Below the pieces are notes generated by a model. It searched no databases. It was not told the DNA's origin and was given only the letters and a program-made list of their open reading frames with translations. A DNA stretch of 21,039 nucleotides from a virus (Duplodnaviria > Heunggongvirae > Uroviricota > Caudoviricetes): the IMG/VR virus record IMGVR_UViG_2718218398_000002. One strand, given 5' to 3'. Below, in pieces: positions 20,217-21,039 of this stretch (its first letter is position 1; each line of letters starts with the position of its first letter). A program made the translations under genes and the position numbers.

Positions 20217-20263
20217 TCACCTTTCTCCGGGCGTAAAAAAACCGCCTCAGCGGTTCTCATCAT

Positions 20264-20766
20264 TCATGACTGTGCTGCGAAGCTCAGCGCGTCTTCCAGC
20301 GCCGCAAACGGATCCACCTCCGGCTTATCCTCATCCTCGCCCCAGCAGAGCATGGCGTCCTTCAGTGCAACATTCATCCCCTGTGCCCCAAAAACCGCTT
20401 TCACGATCTGTGCATTACGGATATCCCCGCGCTCATCACCCAGCGGGGATACCCTGTCGAACTCCATCCACATCATCGCCTCGCTCACACTCAGGCTGTG
20501 CCGCAGTTCGGATAAGGTGCGCCCCAGACGGAGCGCAAGTCGCATCAGAAAGCGAATTTCCGGGCGGGCTACTTTTTTCTGGCCGACTCTGCATCAGCGA
20601 TCAGTTCCAGTGCCTGACGCAGCAACCGGGCATGTACCGGACCATAGACGGCCAGCACCTGCTCACGGTCGTCCGGAGCGAACACCCGCTGCAGATCCGT
20701 ATCACACAGGACATCGCAGAACAGCGTCACATCCGCTTCTAGGTTACGGCGGGTTTTCGCCACCAC
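20264..20766 (-). CDS. tail assembly chaperone G with -1 frameshift extension (G/GT pair)
   Basis: The zero-frame ORF 20569..20766 ends ...ESARKK then TAG. The -1 frame continues as VARPEIRFLMRLALRLGRTLSELRHSL...AAQS to the stop at 20264, just upstream of the tape measure start. The junction is a canonical slippery heptamer. The zero-frame ORF may extend upstream through the TGA at 20794. Confidence 0.6.
20572..20578 (-). promoter_or_regulatory. programmed -1 ribosomal frameshift slippery heptamer A_AAA_AAG
   Basis: The mRNA reads aga AAA AAG TAG; the X_XXY_YYZ heptamer is in the correct phase and immediately precedes the zero-frame stop. Confidence 0.55.
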
Positions 20767-20793
20767 CGACAGGGTATCGTCATCCTCTCTCCA

Positions 20794-21039
20794 TCACCAT
20801 TGAGCACTTCCTGCCACAGATACCAGGCCTCTGCCGAAGGCTGATTCGCCTTCATACGACGACCGGTCTTTTTCTACAGCGACTTTAGAGCTGGTTTCTG
20901 GCGGTAGTTCCACCAGTTCGCGCAGATAGTTAGTCTGGGCGAGGTCCAGCTCCGTCCAGCCACCGCGTGGCAGACCTTTTGGCAGTGGGATATCACCGTA
21001 ACGAACGCGAATCAGGCGGCTCACCTGCACACCAACCGC
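20794..21039 (-). CDS. partial phage tail gene running off the window end (5' part of G interrupted by TGA, or 3' end of the preceding tail gene)
   Basis: The frame is open to the window edge (...[33 protein letters not shown]...GSAQW then stop). Its TGA stop is in the same frame as the G ORF start 9 codons downstream. Confidence 0.35.
   Translation of the reverse strand, partial: AVGVQVSRLIRVRYGDIPLPKGLPRGGWTELDLAQTNYLRELVELPPETSSKVAVEKDRSSYEGESAFGRGLVSVAGSAQW

Noticed and set aside
20134-20888. Plus-strand ORFs of 202 aa (20134..20742) and 178 aa (20352..20888) opposite the G/GT region
   Set aside because: Antisense to the tail chaperone ORFs and the H start, Pro/Arg/Ser-rich, with no recognisable domain; the minus-strand genes explain the region.
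1-21039. CRISPR arrays, tRNA or other structured RNA genes, and restriction-modification, toxin-antitoxin or abortive-infection gene pairs
   Set aside because: No regularly spaced short direct repeats, no tRNA-like sequence and no suggestive gene pairs were found by eye. The only repeats are the gix-like sites, the tfa-derived direct repeats, the IS termini and the stf coding repeats.

Overview
This window is the tail/late region of a lambda-like (lambdoid) prophage, typical of E. coli/Shigella, almost entirely encoded on the minus strand. No tRNA, rRNA or CRISPR array was seen, and no cellular defence system is evident. Reading right to left in transcription order: a partial upstream tail gene, a tail assembly chaperone G/GT pair with a canonical -1 frameshift site, tape measure H, M, L, K, I, J, lom, side tail fiber stf and tfa. 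The stf 3' end lies inside a Mu G-segment / e14 P-segment-type invertible cassette (about 2400..5507) bounded by inverted 26-bp gix-like sites, with a silent alternative fiber tip and tfa' cassette on the plus strand. The adjacent pin invertase is a substitution-decayed remnant fused to a tfa 3' end, so the switch is probably locked. Further left are an AT-rich class I SAM-methyltransferase cargo gene flanked by ~150-bp direct repeats, a short Tfa-like ORF and a Rha-family regulator. lom is split by an IS21-family element with a 5-bp target duplication. H, J, I, K and tfa' are each broken by single-base indels, all of those examined lying in homopolymer runs, so read-level data are needed to tell real decay from sequencing error. 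The most unusual item is a 344-bp insert between I and J carrying a near-consensus sigma70 promoter and an intrinsic terminator that would give a ~100-nt plus-strand transcript with no ORF. All homology statements are from reading the translations against remembered lambda, Pin and IS21 proteins; no database search was run.
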